IMG/VR virus record: IMGVR_UViG_3300020591_000121
Location: 1-54,367 of that record
Source: a virus
Taxonomy: Duplodnaviria > Caudoviricetes
Direction: 5' to 3' (one strand)
Length of the DNA: 54,367 nucleotides
Below the pieces are notes generated by a model. That model did not search any database. It worked only from the letters and a program-made list of their open reading frames with translations, and had not been told where the DNA came from. The position numbers were made by a program, and so were the translations under genes. This document shows, piece after piece, positions 34,357-43,803 of this stretch (position 1 is the first letter of the stretch; every line of letters starts with the position of its first letter).

Positions 34357-35076
34357 ATGGGTAACGTTCAGCCCAACTACAACGCCACGCTCGAGCGTGG
34401 TTACGAAGGCCAGATCGCCGACATGCGTCTTTCGGACGTCATCTCGCGCGTCTGCGAGCCGGCATCGGTCGGGTTCGGTCTCGCCGTCATTCGCGGGACC
34501 GCCGACAACGAGGTGAAGCTCGGCGCCGCCGGCGAGTTCATCGGCCTTTCCATCCGCGATGTGACGCTCCCCGCCGCCAACGAGGACGTCTACAAGGCCG
34601 GCAACACCATCGGTGTGATGGTCAAGGGCACGATGTTCTGCAAGGCGCTTGCCGCATGCAGCGCAGGCGATCGCGTCTATCGCACGCCGACGGGCAGCCT
34701 CACCAACGTCATCGGCTCCCGTACCGCTTCGGCTGAGGCGGCAGGTGGCAACACCGGCACCGGCACGATGGGTGCGATCACGGTGTCGGGTAGCATCCCG
34801 AACGGTGATTACACGCTCACGATCACTGCTGCATCTTCGGGTGCCGGCAGCTTCGTCATCACCGACAAGGATGGCGCGGTCATCGGCCCTGTCGGCACGG
34901 TGGCGGCCGCCTATTCGTTCGGTGGCCTTGCCTTCACGCTCGCGGATGGCACGCCCGACTTCGCGGTCGGCGACAAGTTCACCATCACCGTCACGGGCGG
35001 CAACACGCTCATCGAGAATGCGCGCTGGCTCGACACCCTGGCACAGGATGCCATCGGTCGCGTTCGCCTCGACTAA
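34357..35076 (+). CDS. Head decoration/cement protein
   Basis: Lies between scaffold and capsid genes; beta-rich with an inserted Gly/Thr domain. Confidence 0.7.
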   Translation: MGNVQPNYNATLERGYEGQIADMRLSDVISRVCEPASVGFGLAVIRGTADNEVKLGAAGEFIGLSIRDVTLPAANEDVYKAGNTIGVMVKGTMFCKALAACSAGDRVYRTPTGSLTNVIGSRTASAEAAGGNTGTGTMGAITVSGSIPNGDYTLTITAASSGAGSFVITDKDGAVIGPVGTVAAAYSFGGLAFTLADGTPDFAVGDKFTITVTGGNTLIENARWLDTLAQDAIGRVRLD

Positions 35077-35117
35077 TCCCCGCCTGGCGCTCAGCGCTGA
35101 CAGAAGGAACGCTACCC

Positions 35118-36077
35118 ATGTTGAACACGAACCTCTATGACGCGCAGGCGGCGTTGAGCTTCCTGCTTTCCCAGACCTCGCACATCGAGAGCCAGGTCTG
35201 GGCGAAGAAGTATCCGGACCTGACCTATGCCGAGGACGTGCCGATCGACAATTCGGCCTCGCCGTGGATCAAGTCGGTTACGTACTTCTCGAGCGATAAG
35301 GCCGGCAAGGCAGCGCTGATGCACGGCCGCGGTACCGACTTCCCGATGGTCGATATCGATCGCCAGAAGTTCGAGACCGAAGTCGTGATGGCCGGCATCG
35401 GCTACGACTATTCTCTCGAAGAGCTGGCGCAGGCGCTGATGGTGACGCCCCGCGTCAACCTGACGGCCGACAAGGCCTCGGCGGCGCGCCGCGCCTATGA
35501 GGAGTTCTGCGACAGCGTCGCCTACACGGGCGGCGGCGTGAACGACTGGACGGGGCTGCTCAACTACGCCGGCATCACGCCGACGGACGTTGCCGATGGC
35601 GCCGGCGCGGCCGATACGACTTGGGAAACCAAGACCGCCGACGAGATTCTCAAGGACATCAACGAGACGCTCACCGGCATCTGGACCGCCTCGAACACCA
35701 TCGAGCTGGCGGACACCATCCTACTGCCGCTCACGTCGTATGCGCACATCTCGCAGAAGCGCCTCGACAGCACGATGACCATCACCGTCCTGGAGTACGT
35801 CCAGCGCGCCAACGTCTACACGATGCAGACCGGCAAGCCGCTCCGCATCCGTGCCCGCCGTGAACTGGAAACGGCAGGCGTCGGTGCTCCGAACAGCAAG
35901 CGCATGATCGCCTACAAGCGCGATCCGGAGGTTCTGAAGATGCACATCCCGATGCCGTTCCGGTTCCTGCCGGCATTCCAGGCCTCTCCGATGGTGTTCC
36001 AGGTGCCGGGCATCTTCCGGTTGGGTGGCCTCGACATCCGTCGCCCGGGCGCGGTCCGCTATCGGGATAAGATCTAA
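35118..36077 (+). CDS. Major capsid protein (DUF2184-type)
   Basis: Position; GYDYSLEEL, GLLN, MHIPMP, GG..IRRP..V.Y.D. Confidence 0.88.
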   Translation: MLNTNLYDAQAALSFLLSQTSHIESQVWAKKYPDLTYAEDVPIDNSASPWIKSVTYFSSDKAGKAALMHGRGTDFPMVDIDRQKFETEVVMAGIGYDYSLEELAQALMVTPRVNLTADKASAARRAYEEFCDSVAYTGGGVNDWTGLLNYAGITPTDVADGAGAADTTWETKTADEILKDINETLTGIWTASNTIELADTILLPLTSYAHISQKRLDSTMTITVLEYVQRANVYTMQTGKPLRIRARRELETAGVGAPNSKRMIAYKRDPEVLKMHIPMPFRFLPAFQASPMVFQVPGIFRLGGLDIRRPGAVRYRDKI

Positions 36078-36141
36078 GGCAGGCGAGTGAGCCGGCGGGT
36101 TTCGATCCGCCGGCATCCACCAACGGGACACGGAGAACGAG

Positions 36142-36465
36142 ATGCAGGTCATGAACACCTCGCCGGGCACGATCACGATCGCCGGCATTCATCACATCCC
36201 CGCACAGAGCGTGGCGACTTTCGAAGACGATCTGTGGGCAGCGCTGCGCAAGCGGCCCGCGGTTGTGCAGTGGATGAAGGAAGGCAAGCTCAAGGAGATC
36301 CTGCCCGAGCCGGCAACTAAAGAGCCGACCGCCGCCGAGAAGAAGGCTGCGGAGAAGGCCGCCAAGGAGGCCGAGAAGAAGGCTGCAGACGAAGCCGCAG
36401 CGAAGAAGAAGGCCGAGGATGATGCCGCCGCCAAAGCCAAGGTTGCCGCCGAGAAGAAGGCCTAA
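36142..36465 (+). CDS. Hypothetical head-associated protein with Lys/Ala/Glu-rich tail
   Basis: GGAG RBS; AEKKAA repeats. Confidence 0.65.
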   Translation: MQVMNTSPGTITIAGIHHIPAQSVATFEDDLWAALRKRPAVVQWMKEGKLKEILPEPATKEPTAAEKKAAEKAAKEAEKKAADEAAAKKKAEDDAAAKAKVAAEKKA

Positions 36466-36468
36466 CCC

Positions 36469-36843
36469 ATGAGCTATACCGTCCCGTCTGCCGCCGAGTT
36501 CAAAGAGCGTCACCCGGCGTTCGCCTCGGTGGCGGACGCGACGGTGAACGCCATGCTCGGCGAGGCTTCGCGCTCGGTCTCCACATGCTGGGCCGAGGGC
36601 GACTATCAGCCCGCCATCATGTACCTCGCCGCACACCTGATCGCAGAAGAACAGTCCGGGGGCGGTCCCACGGCAGCCTCGAAGCAGGGCGCCATCCGTC
36701 GCGTGAAGGCGGACACCGTCGAGATCGAATATGCCGGCCGCATGTCCTGGGGCCAGATCGATGCGATCTATGGCGGCACGGTCTACGGTCGCCGGTTTGT
36801 CGCGCTGATGCAGCGCAATTCCCCCGGGGTCGCTGTCGTATGA
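36469..36843 (+). CDS. Head-tail adaptor (DUF4054-like)
   Basis: F...HPAF, YLAAHL, T.YGRRF. Confidence 0.8.
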   Translation: MSYTVPSAAEFKERHPAFASVADATVNAMLGEASRSVSTCWAEGDYQPAIMYLAAHLIAEEQSGGGPTAASKQGAIRRVKADTVEIEYAGRMSWGQIDAIYGGTVYGRRFVALMQRNSPGVAVV

Positions 36844-37208
36844 CACTGCTCGCTGAGATCGGAGAAGCGCTCCGCGGCGCGATCTCTGATGACGTCTTCC
36901 CTTCCGCCACACTGCATGTGGCAACGGAAGCGGAAGGCACTGACCTCGTGGTGACGCGCACGTTCGTCGATCACGGAACACAGGGTTTCGTCTCGGACTG
37001 GAAAGCGGAAATTCGCCTCGCCCGGGGCTACGACGCAAATGTCGCCAAGATCGTGCTGGTGCAGAGCCCATCGCTTCCGAAGCCCAAGGTTGGCGATGAG
37101 GTGAGCGCGCAGCGGCCGATCAACGGCAACACGGAACGCTACCGGGTGACGGACGTGACGTCCGACCCGGCCGATGCGACGTATCAGGTCGCGGGAGTGA
37201 AGGTCTGA
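36840..37208 (+). CDS. Head closure / head-tail joining protein
   Basis: Position; DPADATY C-terminus; ATGA-coupled. Confidence 0.65.
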   Translation: MTLLAEIGEALRGAISDDVFPSATLHVATEAEGTDLVVTRTFVDHGTQGFVSDWKAEIRLARGYDANVAKIVLVQSPSLPKPKVGDEVSAQRPINGNTERYRVTDVTSDPADATYQVAGVKV

Positions 37209-37651
37209 TGGCCAAGATCCGCGGGTTGAAGCAGTGGAACGCGAAGATCGGCAAGATCGGCGCGAAGACGAAGGCGGAGGTGCGTCGGGCTTTGCAGCGT
37301 GGCGCGCTGGCGATCGAGAACCGCGCCGTCGAGGGCATCATCGACCCGCCGAAGACAGGTCGCATCTATCGCTCCAAACACCGCAAGGGCGCCCTGCATC
37401 AAGCCTCGGCACCCGGTGAGTTCCCGGCTGCTGACAGTGGCCGTCTGCATCAGTCGATCACCAGCGTGGAGGCCTCTTCGGAGACCACCATCCGGTTCGA
37501 AACCGGCGGCAACGTGGACTATGCGACCTATCTCGAACTCGGCACCTCTCGCATGGCGCCCCGCCCGTTCCTGACGCCCGCCTATAACGAGAACATCGAA
37601 AAGGTGAAGGCGAACGTCCGGGCTGCTGTGAAGCGCGGGACACGCACCTGA
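37208..37651 (+). CDS. HK97 gp10-like tail completion protein
   Basis: ASAPGE.PA.DSG.L..SI, YA.YLE.GT..MAPRPFL.PA. Confidence 0.85.
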   Translation: MAKIRGLKQWNAKIGKIGAKTKAEVRRALQRGALAIENRAVEGIIDPPKTGRIYRSKHRKGALHQASAPGEFPAADSGRLHQSITSVEASSETTIRFETGGNVDYATYLELGTSRMAPRPFLTPAYNENIEKVKANVRAAVKRGTRT

Positions 37652-37827
37652 TGGTCACCTTCCGCTTCGACAAGGAATACCGGCACTGGGCACTGCGGGC
37701 GCGCAAGCACTGCATACTGTGCAAGGCGCTATCGCTCATCGTGCACAAAATCGGCATTCGCGAAGTGTCCGAAGACGTGGCACGCGAGGCCGAGCAGGCC
37801 GGTGCTGGAGAGCGTATCCAGAAATGA
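37651..37827 (+). CDS. Small hypothetical protein (58 aa, not in ORF track)
   Basis: MVTFRFDKEY...GAGERIQK; coupled on both sides. Confidence 0.55.
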   Translation: MVTFRFDKEYRHWALRARKHCILCKALSLIVHKIGIREVSEDVAREAEQAGAGERIQK

Positions 37828-38228
37828 GCCGCGATGCCTCGAAGGCATTGATGGTGGCCGTCAAGGCGGCCCTCATCGCTACGCCTGCGATCTCGACAAA
37901 GGTCGGCACCCGCATCGAGGCCAACTGGAGCACGGTGCTGGATGCGCCGTTCATTCGCCTCAGCGTGCCCAACGTGCGCCCGTGGGAGGACGACTGCGGC
38001 GAAGGTTCCGAGCACACGCTGCGGGTTCATGTTTTTGCGGACCTCGTGACCGCCACGGATCTCGCCGCCGCGGTTCGTGAGGCCCTGCAGGATGCCGATC
38101 TGACGATCGCCGGCACTGATCTGCGCTGGCTCGACTACGACCAGACGATCAAGCAGCCCGACCCCGACAATCCGAACCTCTACATGGCCATCGTCGCGTT
38201 CAAGGCCGTCACAACTGCCAGCGAATAG
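37824..38228 (+). CDS. Tail terminator (DUF3168-like)
   Basis: Position before the tube gene; start MSRDAS. Confidence 0.75.
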   Translation: MSRDASKALMVAVKAALIATPAISTKVGTRIEANWSTVLDAPFIRLSVPNVRPWEDDCGEGSEHTLRVHVFADLVTATDLAAAVREALQDADLTIAGTDLRWLDYDQTIKQPDPDNPNLYMAIVAFKAVTTASE

Positions 38229-38239
38229 GAGACATCGCG

Positions 38240-38965
38240 ATGGCTAAACCGATCACTGGGAAGTTTTCCGAGCTACAGATCCTCATCGGCGACGGCGGTT
38301 CGCCGGAGGAATTCGCTGTGGTCTGCGGCATGACCACGAAAGGCGTGCAGCGCTCGGCGCAGACGAATTCCACCGTCGTTCCCGATTGCGAGGACGAGGA
38401 TGCTCCGGCCTGGGAAGAGAAGGCCGTCAACAGCCTTTCAGTGACGATCTCGGGCTCTGGCGTTTGGGCCGCCGAGAACCACGGCGTCTTCATGGACTGG
38501 TTCTATTCGGGCCAGTCGAAGAACATCAAGGTGCGCCACATGCGCGCCGCCGCAGGCACCCCTGAGTACGAGGAAGGCCCTGCGCTCCTGACCGCCCTCA
38601 ACAACACCGTAGAGCGCGGCAACAAGGTGCAGGCAGAGGTCACGATCGAGATGGATGGCCAGCCGTCCCGCATGTCGAAGCCCGGCGGCGTCGCCCCGGC
38701 GAATACGGTGCTCCCATCGATCGCGGGTATCGCCATCGAGGGCGGCACGCTTACGGCGCTCACCGGCACGTGGTCGAACAACCCGACCTCCTATTCATAC
38801 GCATGGAACCGGGACGGCACGCCCATCAGCGGCGCAACGGCAGCGACCTACACGCTGGTGAGCGATGACGTGGGCAAGGCCATCACGGTTACCGTCACGG
38901 CCACCAACGCCACGGGCAGCACGCCCGCCACCTCGGCGCCCACCGCTGATGTCGTCGCGGCGTAA
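38240..38965 (+). CDS. Tail tube protein with C-terminal Ig-like domain
   Basis: IGDG.SPE.F...CG, PDC.D.D.P.W; P.I.G....G.TLT...GTW...P.SY.Y.W.RDG. Confidence 0.85.
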   Translation: MAKPITGKFSELQILIGDGGSPEEFAVVCGMTTKGVQRSAQTNSTVVPDCEDEDAPAWEEKAVNSLSVTISGSGVWAAENHGVFMDWFYSGQSKNIKVRHMRAAAGTPEYEEGPALLTALNNTVERGNKVQAEVTIEMDGQPSRMSKPGGVAPANTVLPSIAGIAIEGGTLTALTGTWSNNPTSYSYAWNRDGTPISGATAATYTLVSDDVGKAITVTVTATNATGSTPATSAPTADVVAA

Positions 38966-38970
38966 GCACC

Positions 38971-39456
38971 ATGAGCAACCTCAAGGCTGAGGTGACGGCG
39001 CCCTTCGGGGATGGTGAGCATACGTTTCGTCTCACCGTCCCCTGCCTCATCGAGTTGGAGCAGAAGTGCGATGCGCCGTTTACGGTCATTCTGCACCGGC
39101 TTAGCTCCGGCACCTACAAGATCGAGGATGTGCGCCAAACCGTGCGCTTGGCGCTGATTGGTGGCGGCATGAAGCCGACCGAGGCCCAGATCCTCGTAAG
39201 GCGGTATGTCGACGAGACGCCGCCGATCGAAGAAGGCCTCAAGGTTGCCCGTCTCGCGCTGATGGGCGTGCTGTTCGGCTTCGAGGCTGCGCCCTTGGAA
39301 ACGGGGACTGCTGCTGAGGGAAAAGTGCAGGCGGCGCCGGAAGCGAGCCCGAGCGCCTCGACGCCGCCGCCATCTACGGCAACGCCGCCATCATCCCAGG
39401 GCTCTCGGTTGCGGCCCTTGGTGAACTCTCGCTTTGGCAGTACGCGGCAGCAGTGA
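38971..39456 (+). CDS. Tail assembly chaperone (G; GTA-gp10-like)
   Basis: FGDGEHTFRL, ELE.KCD, RLALIGGGM. Confidence 0.8.
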   Translation: MSNLKAEVTAPFGDGEHTFRLTVPCLIELEQKCDAPFTVILHRLSSGTYKIEDVRQTVRLALIGGGMKPTEAQILVRRYVDETPPIEEGLKVARLALMGVLFGFEAAPLETGTAAEGKVQAAPEASPSASTPPPSTATPPSSQGSRLRPLVNSRFGSTRQQ

Positions 39457-39545
39457 CCGGCTGGAACCAGGCTCACAAATCGGAAGACGAGGCTCCGCCC
39501 CCGTTGTCCGACGAGCGTGCCGATGAAATCCTGGGCTTGAGGTAG
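39318..39545 (+). CDS. -1 frameshift extension of the tail chaperone (GT)
   Basis: In-frame slippery G GGA AAA at 39318-39324; -1 frame open to TAG 39545 (...SLWQYAAAVTGWNQAH...). Confidence 0.75.
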   Translation, partial: GKSAGGAGSEPERLDAAAIYGNAAIIPGLSVAALGELSLWQYAAAVTGWNQAHKSEDEAPPPLSDERADEILGLR

Positions 39546-39548
39546 GCG

Positions 39549-42146
39549 ATGGCTGTCGAAGTCGAGAGGCTCATCACCGTGCTCGAAGCGCGGCTCGATG
39601 GGTACAATCGCAACCTGACCCAGGCCCAAGCGATGACGAACCGTCAGCTCGGGCAGATCGAACGCCGGTTCGACCAGATGGCCGCGCGTCTGCGCGCGTC
39701 ATCATCGAGCGCCGCGATGGGTATTCGCGGCATGTTGGGGGGGCTCGGTGCATACCTCGGCGCGCACCAGATCCGCGAATACGCCGATAGCTGGAACCAA
39801 GTCACCCGCTCCCTTGAAGCGAGCGAAGAAATCTTCGGCATCCGACTGCGGTCGGCCAGCGCCCTCAACAAGCTGGCCAACGAATCGCGGATCGATAACG
39901 ATGCGCTCTCGAAGCTCTACATCCGCACCGCTGCTGCCACGCGCGAGCTCGGCGTCTCGGAAGAGGACGTGGCCAAGGCGACGACGACCGTCGCCAAGGC
40001 GCTGAAGCTCGGTTCGGCATCAGCCTCCGAGCAGACATCGACCATGCTACAGCTTTCCCAGGCCTTGCAGAAGGGCAAGCTGGACGGTGACGAATTCCGC
40101 ACCGTCATGGAGAACGCCGGCGTCATTCAGGAATTGCTTGCCGACCGGCTAAAGGTCTCGAAGGGCGAGATTGTCCGCATGGCGGCCGAGGGTAAATTGA
40201 GTGTGCAGGCGCTGTTTGGCGCACTAACCGATGGCGCCGACAAGGTGGACCGCATCTTCCGGCAGATGCCGTCGACGATCTCGGAAGGCTTCCTCGTCCT
40301 CGACAACAACATCGAGGAATACATCGGCAACCTCGATCGCGCCTACGGTTCGACCGAGGCCATGGTCGCCGGTCTCAAGATGCTCTCCGACAATGTCGAG
40401 CCGCTTGGGGATAGCATGCTTGTGCTCTCCGGTGCGCTACTCGCCGCTTTTGCGCCTCGTATCATAGGGGGCATCGCGACGATGACTTTGGGGATTGCCG
40501 CCGCGGCTGGGCCAATTGGCCTTATCGCCGGCGGTCTGGCGGGGGCCTCCGTCTACGCCGAGCGCTTCGGCGATACGATGAACTTCAATGTCGGTCTGAT
40601 GCGAGATGCGATCGACAGCGGCGCAGATTTTGGAGCCGCATGGGAGGCGGCGTTCTCTGACGCCGACAAGAGCGGCGTTACCCTGCAGGATACGTTCCGC
40701 GCCTTGACGTCCGTAATGCTCGAGGAGGTCAACGAGCTTTTCGCCCGCATGGGCAGCATGCTCGACGATGATGCCGAACTGCTCACGGCGCTGCGCGACA
40801 TCTTCAACAAGCTGATCGGCGCAGCGGTGTTTGCCTATGACGCTATCGTCGCGACGTTCACGAAGCTGCCGCAGGCGATCGGCGAGAAGGTGATCGACGC
40901 GATCAATAGCATTCTCCGGGGGCTCCAGTCGCTCATTGACGGTGCCACGGATGGTCTCAACAGCCTGATCGCGGGGGTGAACAAGATCCCGGGCGTCGAT
41001 GTCGGGTTCCTCACGGCGCCGGATCTCGGACAGATCGAGAACAAGTTCGCTGGCGCTGGCGAGACAGCCGGCAAGGCATTCTCCGACGCAGCCGGAAACT
41101 TCTCGCGGGATTGGGTTGGCGAGGCGGCGGAAGCGGCTCGCAACATGGCTCGCGGCATTGCCGCAGACCTGAGCGACGTGATGGACCGCGTTGACCAGAA
41201 AGCCCGTGCCAATGCGGTCAATCGCCAGTGGCGCATGGGCACGACGACCCAGCGTGAGATCCCGAACAAGCCGATCATCCCCACGCAAGAGGTGGATAAG
41301 GCGGCAGAAAAAGCCCGCAAGAACTTCGAAAAGGACATCCTCCGCGCCGAGCAGCGCATCACCATGGCCAAGCTCGAAGGCGAAGCCATCGGCCGCAGCG
41401 CCGAGGAAGTCGAGTACATGCGTACCCGGCAGGAGCTGCTCAATGAGGCGCGCAAGGCCGGCATCGAATTGACCGATGGGGACATGATCCGTGTCGAAGC
41501 CCTCTCCCAGGCAATGGCGCGGGCGGTGACAGAGACGGAAAATCTGCGACGTGCTTTCGAGGCGGCCTCGCAGGAAAGCAAGGAGATGATCTCCGGCTTC
41601 ATCAAGGACATGAAGAACGGGGTATCCGCTTCCGAGGCGCTTGCGAACGCCCTCAACAAGATCGCCGATAAGCTCATCGACATGGCGGTGAACGATCTCG
41701 TTGAAATGGCCCTCGGTGGTCTCACGGGCCGTGGTGGGAACGCATCCCAGGCCGGGCTGGCATCGGGACTGTTGAGCCTCTTCGGCTTCAAGGATGGCGG
41801 CATCGCCGCGAACGGCCGACCGCAGCCGTTGCCAAGGTTCGCAGGCGGTGGCGTCTCGCGCACGGCCGCGATCTTCGGCGAGGCTGGACCCGAGGCGGCC
41901 GTGCCGCTGCCGGACGGAAGACGCATCCCGGTGGACCTGCGTATGCCCGAAATCCCGCGCGCCAACGCATCGGGGGGAGGCAACGTGTCGATCACCGTCG
42001 CCCCGGTGTTCAACGTCGAGAACGGCAGCCCGGAGGGTATCGACAAGATGCAGTCCGAAGTCCTGCCCAAGATCCGCGATATGGTCGATCAGCGCGTAGG
42101 CCAGTTGTTCGACCGAAAAGCCCGCTTCGCCCGGTCGGGAATTTAA
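39549..42146 (+). CDS. Tape measure protein
   Basis: 865 aa, helical; QLSQAL..G.L.GDEF, GEAGPEA.VPL. Confidence 0.92.
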   Translation: MAVEVERLITVLEARLDGYNRNLTQAQAMTNRQLGQIERRFDQMAARLRASSSSAAMGIRGMLGGLGAYLGAHQIREYADSWNQVTRSLEASEEIFGIRLRSASALNKLANESRIDNDALSKLYIRTAAATRELGVSEEDVAKATTTVAKALKLGSASASEQTSTMLQLSQALQKGKLDGDEFRTVMENAGVIQELLADRLKVSKGEIVRMAAEGKLSVQALFGALTDGADKVDRIFRQMPSTISEGFLVLDNNIEEYIGNLDRAYGSTEAMVAGLKMLSDNVEPLGDSMLVLSGALLAAFAPRIIGGIATMTLGIAAAAGPIGLIAGGLAGASVYAERFGDTMNFNVGLMRDAIDSGADFGAAWEAAFSDADKSGVTLQDTFRALTSVMLEEVNELFARMGSMLDDDAELLTALRDIFNKLIGAAVFAYDAIVATFTKLPQAIGEKVIDAINSILRGLQSLIDGATDGLNSLIAGVNKIPGVDVGFLTAPDLGQIENKFAGAGETAGKAFSDAAGNFSRDWVGEAAEAARNMARGIAADLSDVMDRVDQKARANAVNRQWRMGTTTQREIPNKPIIPTQEVDKAAEKARKNFEKDILRAEQRITMAKLEGEAIGRSAEEVEYMRTRQELLNEARKAGIELTDGDMIRVEALSQAMARAVTETENLRRAFEAASQESKEMISGFIKDMKNGVSASEALANALNKIADKLIDMAVNDLVEMALGGLTGRGGNASQAGLASGLLSLFGFKDGGIAANGRPQPLPRFAGGGVSRTAAIFGEAGPEAAVPLPDGRRIPVDLRMPEIPRANASGGGNVSITVAPVFNVENGSPEGIDKMQSEVLPKIRDMVDQRVGQLFDRKARFARSGI

Positions 42147-42149
42147 CCC

Positions 42150-42809
42150 ATGGCGATAGTTTACCCCCGCTCCCTACCCATCTGCGCCTTCAACGGCGAA
42201 TGCTCGTTTCAGCTCAAGCGCAACCAGTCCCGTTCCCTGACCGGCGCTGGATCGCCCAATGCCGCGGAAGTCGCCCCTGCCATGTGGGAGGCGAAGTACC
42301 GGACCAAGATCCTCGGCCGCGCGGCCTTTGCAGAGGTGGGTGCATGGCTGGAAAGCCTCCGGGGCGGCCTCAGGACGTTCAGGGCGACCGTTCCGCGGCA
42401 TCGCTGGCCGCTGGCCTATCCACGAGGGTTTAGCGGCCTCACGGTCAGCGGCAGCCCGTTTTCAGGTAGTGGCACGCTGACGAGCATCGGATCGGGCCGC
42501 GATACGATCACGGTCGGCTCGCTGCCGGCCGGCTTTGTCCTTTCCCCAGGTGATTGGCTGTCGATCCCCGTGGGTTCTCGCCAGCGGCTCCACCGCATCC
42601 TCGAAGGCGGCAGCGCTTCCGGTTTGGGCGCCGTCAATCTCACCGTCGAGCCGGTCATCGACCCGGCGGTGGTGACGAGCGGCGATCCGGTGCCGGTGCT
42701 GTTCGATGCCCCCTGGTGCGACATGGTTCTGTCTGCACCCTTCGAGATGCCCCGCGATCCGGTCCGGGGCGGCTCGGTGTCGTTCGAAGGCCTGCAGGTC
42801 CTCATCTGA
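42150..42809 (+). CDS. Distal tail protein (Dit-like)
   Basis: Position after TMP; beta-rich. Confidence 0.65.
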   Translation: MAIVYPRSLPICAFNGECSFQLKRNQSRSLTGAGSPNAAEVAPAMWEAKYRTKILGRAAFAEVGAWLESLRGGLRTFRATVPRHRWPLAYPRGFSGLTVSGSPFSGSGTLTSIGSGRDTITVGSLPAGFVLSPGDWLSIPVGSRQRLHRILEGGSASGLGAVNLTVEPVIDPAVVTSGDPVPVLFDAPWCDMVLSAPFEMPRDPVRGGSVSFEGLQVLI

Positions 42810-43397
42810 ATGCTCACCATTCCGTCCGACATCGCGACCCTGCTCAATGCGGGGCGCTGTTCCCTGCGCTGGATGCTGCGCGTCGACCTCGACGCAGGTC
42901 CGGAAGGGCTATGGACCGGCACATATCGCGTGACACTGGACGGCGTGAGCTATGCGCCAACCGCGGGCAACATGCTGATCGAGCCCATCGAGGCATCCTC
43001 TCAACTCGATGCCGACCAGCTCAAGGTGACACTGACCGGGCTGCAATCGGAGGTGACATCCGTCCTGCAAGGGGTGGCCTGGCACCAGCGGCCGGCGACC
43101 GTCTATCTGGCGTTCCTCAACGATGCCGAGGCCGTGGTGCACGCCATGCCTTCGTTTTCGGGTTTCATCGACGTGCTATCGGTGCAAGACGCGGCCGACG
43201 CCAGCGCGACGATCGAGGCTGTCTTGGAAAGCAACAACCGGGAACTGTCGCGCTCCTATGGGCGGGTCCGGTCGGACGCGGACCAGCGTGCCGTGTCCAC
43301 CGGAGACGGGTTCTTCAAGTACGTGACGGCGGCAAACACCGATGTCGAGATCAACTGGGGCCGCAAGGGTGCACAGTATCCTGTCCGCCCCAAGTAG
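42810..43397 (+). CDS. Tail tip / hub protein
   Basis: Position; RS.ADQ.....GD.FF.YV...WG. Confidence 0.65.
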   Translation: MLTIPSDIATLLNAGRCSLRWMLRVDLDAGPEGLWTGTYRVTLDGVSYAPTAGNMLIEPIEASSQLDADQLKVTLTGLQSEVTSVLQGVAWHQRPATVYLAFLNDAEAVVHAMPSFSGFIDVLSVQDAADASATIEAVLESNNRELSRSYGRVRSDADQRAVSTGDGFFKYVTAANTDVEINWGRKGAQYPVRPK

Positions 43398-43800
43398 GCG
43401 CCCGCGCGTCGACAACTGGCCGCGCATGATGCGCGAGGCCATCGCCATGCACCAGGCGATGCCGTTCGCCTGGGGTGTCAGCGATTGCACCATGTTTGCA
43501 GACGTGGTGCGGGCGATGACCGGCTTCGACCCGATCGCAGACTATCGCTCGTACACCACCGAGATCGGTGCCATGCGCATGCTGAAAAAGGCCGGCGTCA
43601 CGAGCATGCTCGAATACGTCGAACAGCTATTCCCCGAGATCCCGCCGGCGATGGCGGGGCGCGGAGACCTTGGCTTTGCCGCTGAGATCGGCCCGCTCGT
43701 GAGCCCGGCGGTCTTTGATGGTGCCGTGGCGCTCTCGAAGAACGAGCGCGGGCCGCTTTTCAAATCGCGTGCCCACATCGTGCGCGCCTTCGCGGTCTAG
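43342..43800 (+). CDS. NlpC/P60-like tail-tip protein (DUF6950-like)
   Basis: PFAWGVSDC..FA...V.AMTG.D, A.RGD; start uncertain. Confidence 0.7.
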   Translation: MSRSTGAARVHSILSAPSRRPRVDNWPRMMREAIAMHQAMPFAWGVSDCTMFADVVRAMTGFDPIADYRSYTTEIGAMRMLKKAGVTSMLEYVEQLFPEIPPAMAGRGDLGFAAEIGPLVSPAVFDGAVALSKNERGPLFKSRAHIVRAFAV

Positions 43801-43803
43801 CCC

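Noticed and set aside
36330-36462. AEKKAA-type repeats as a DNA-level element
   Set aside because: All copies are in one frame with synonymous variation, consistent with a low-complexity protein tail.
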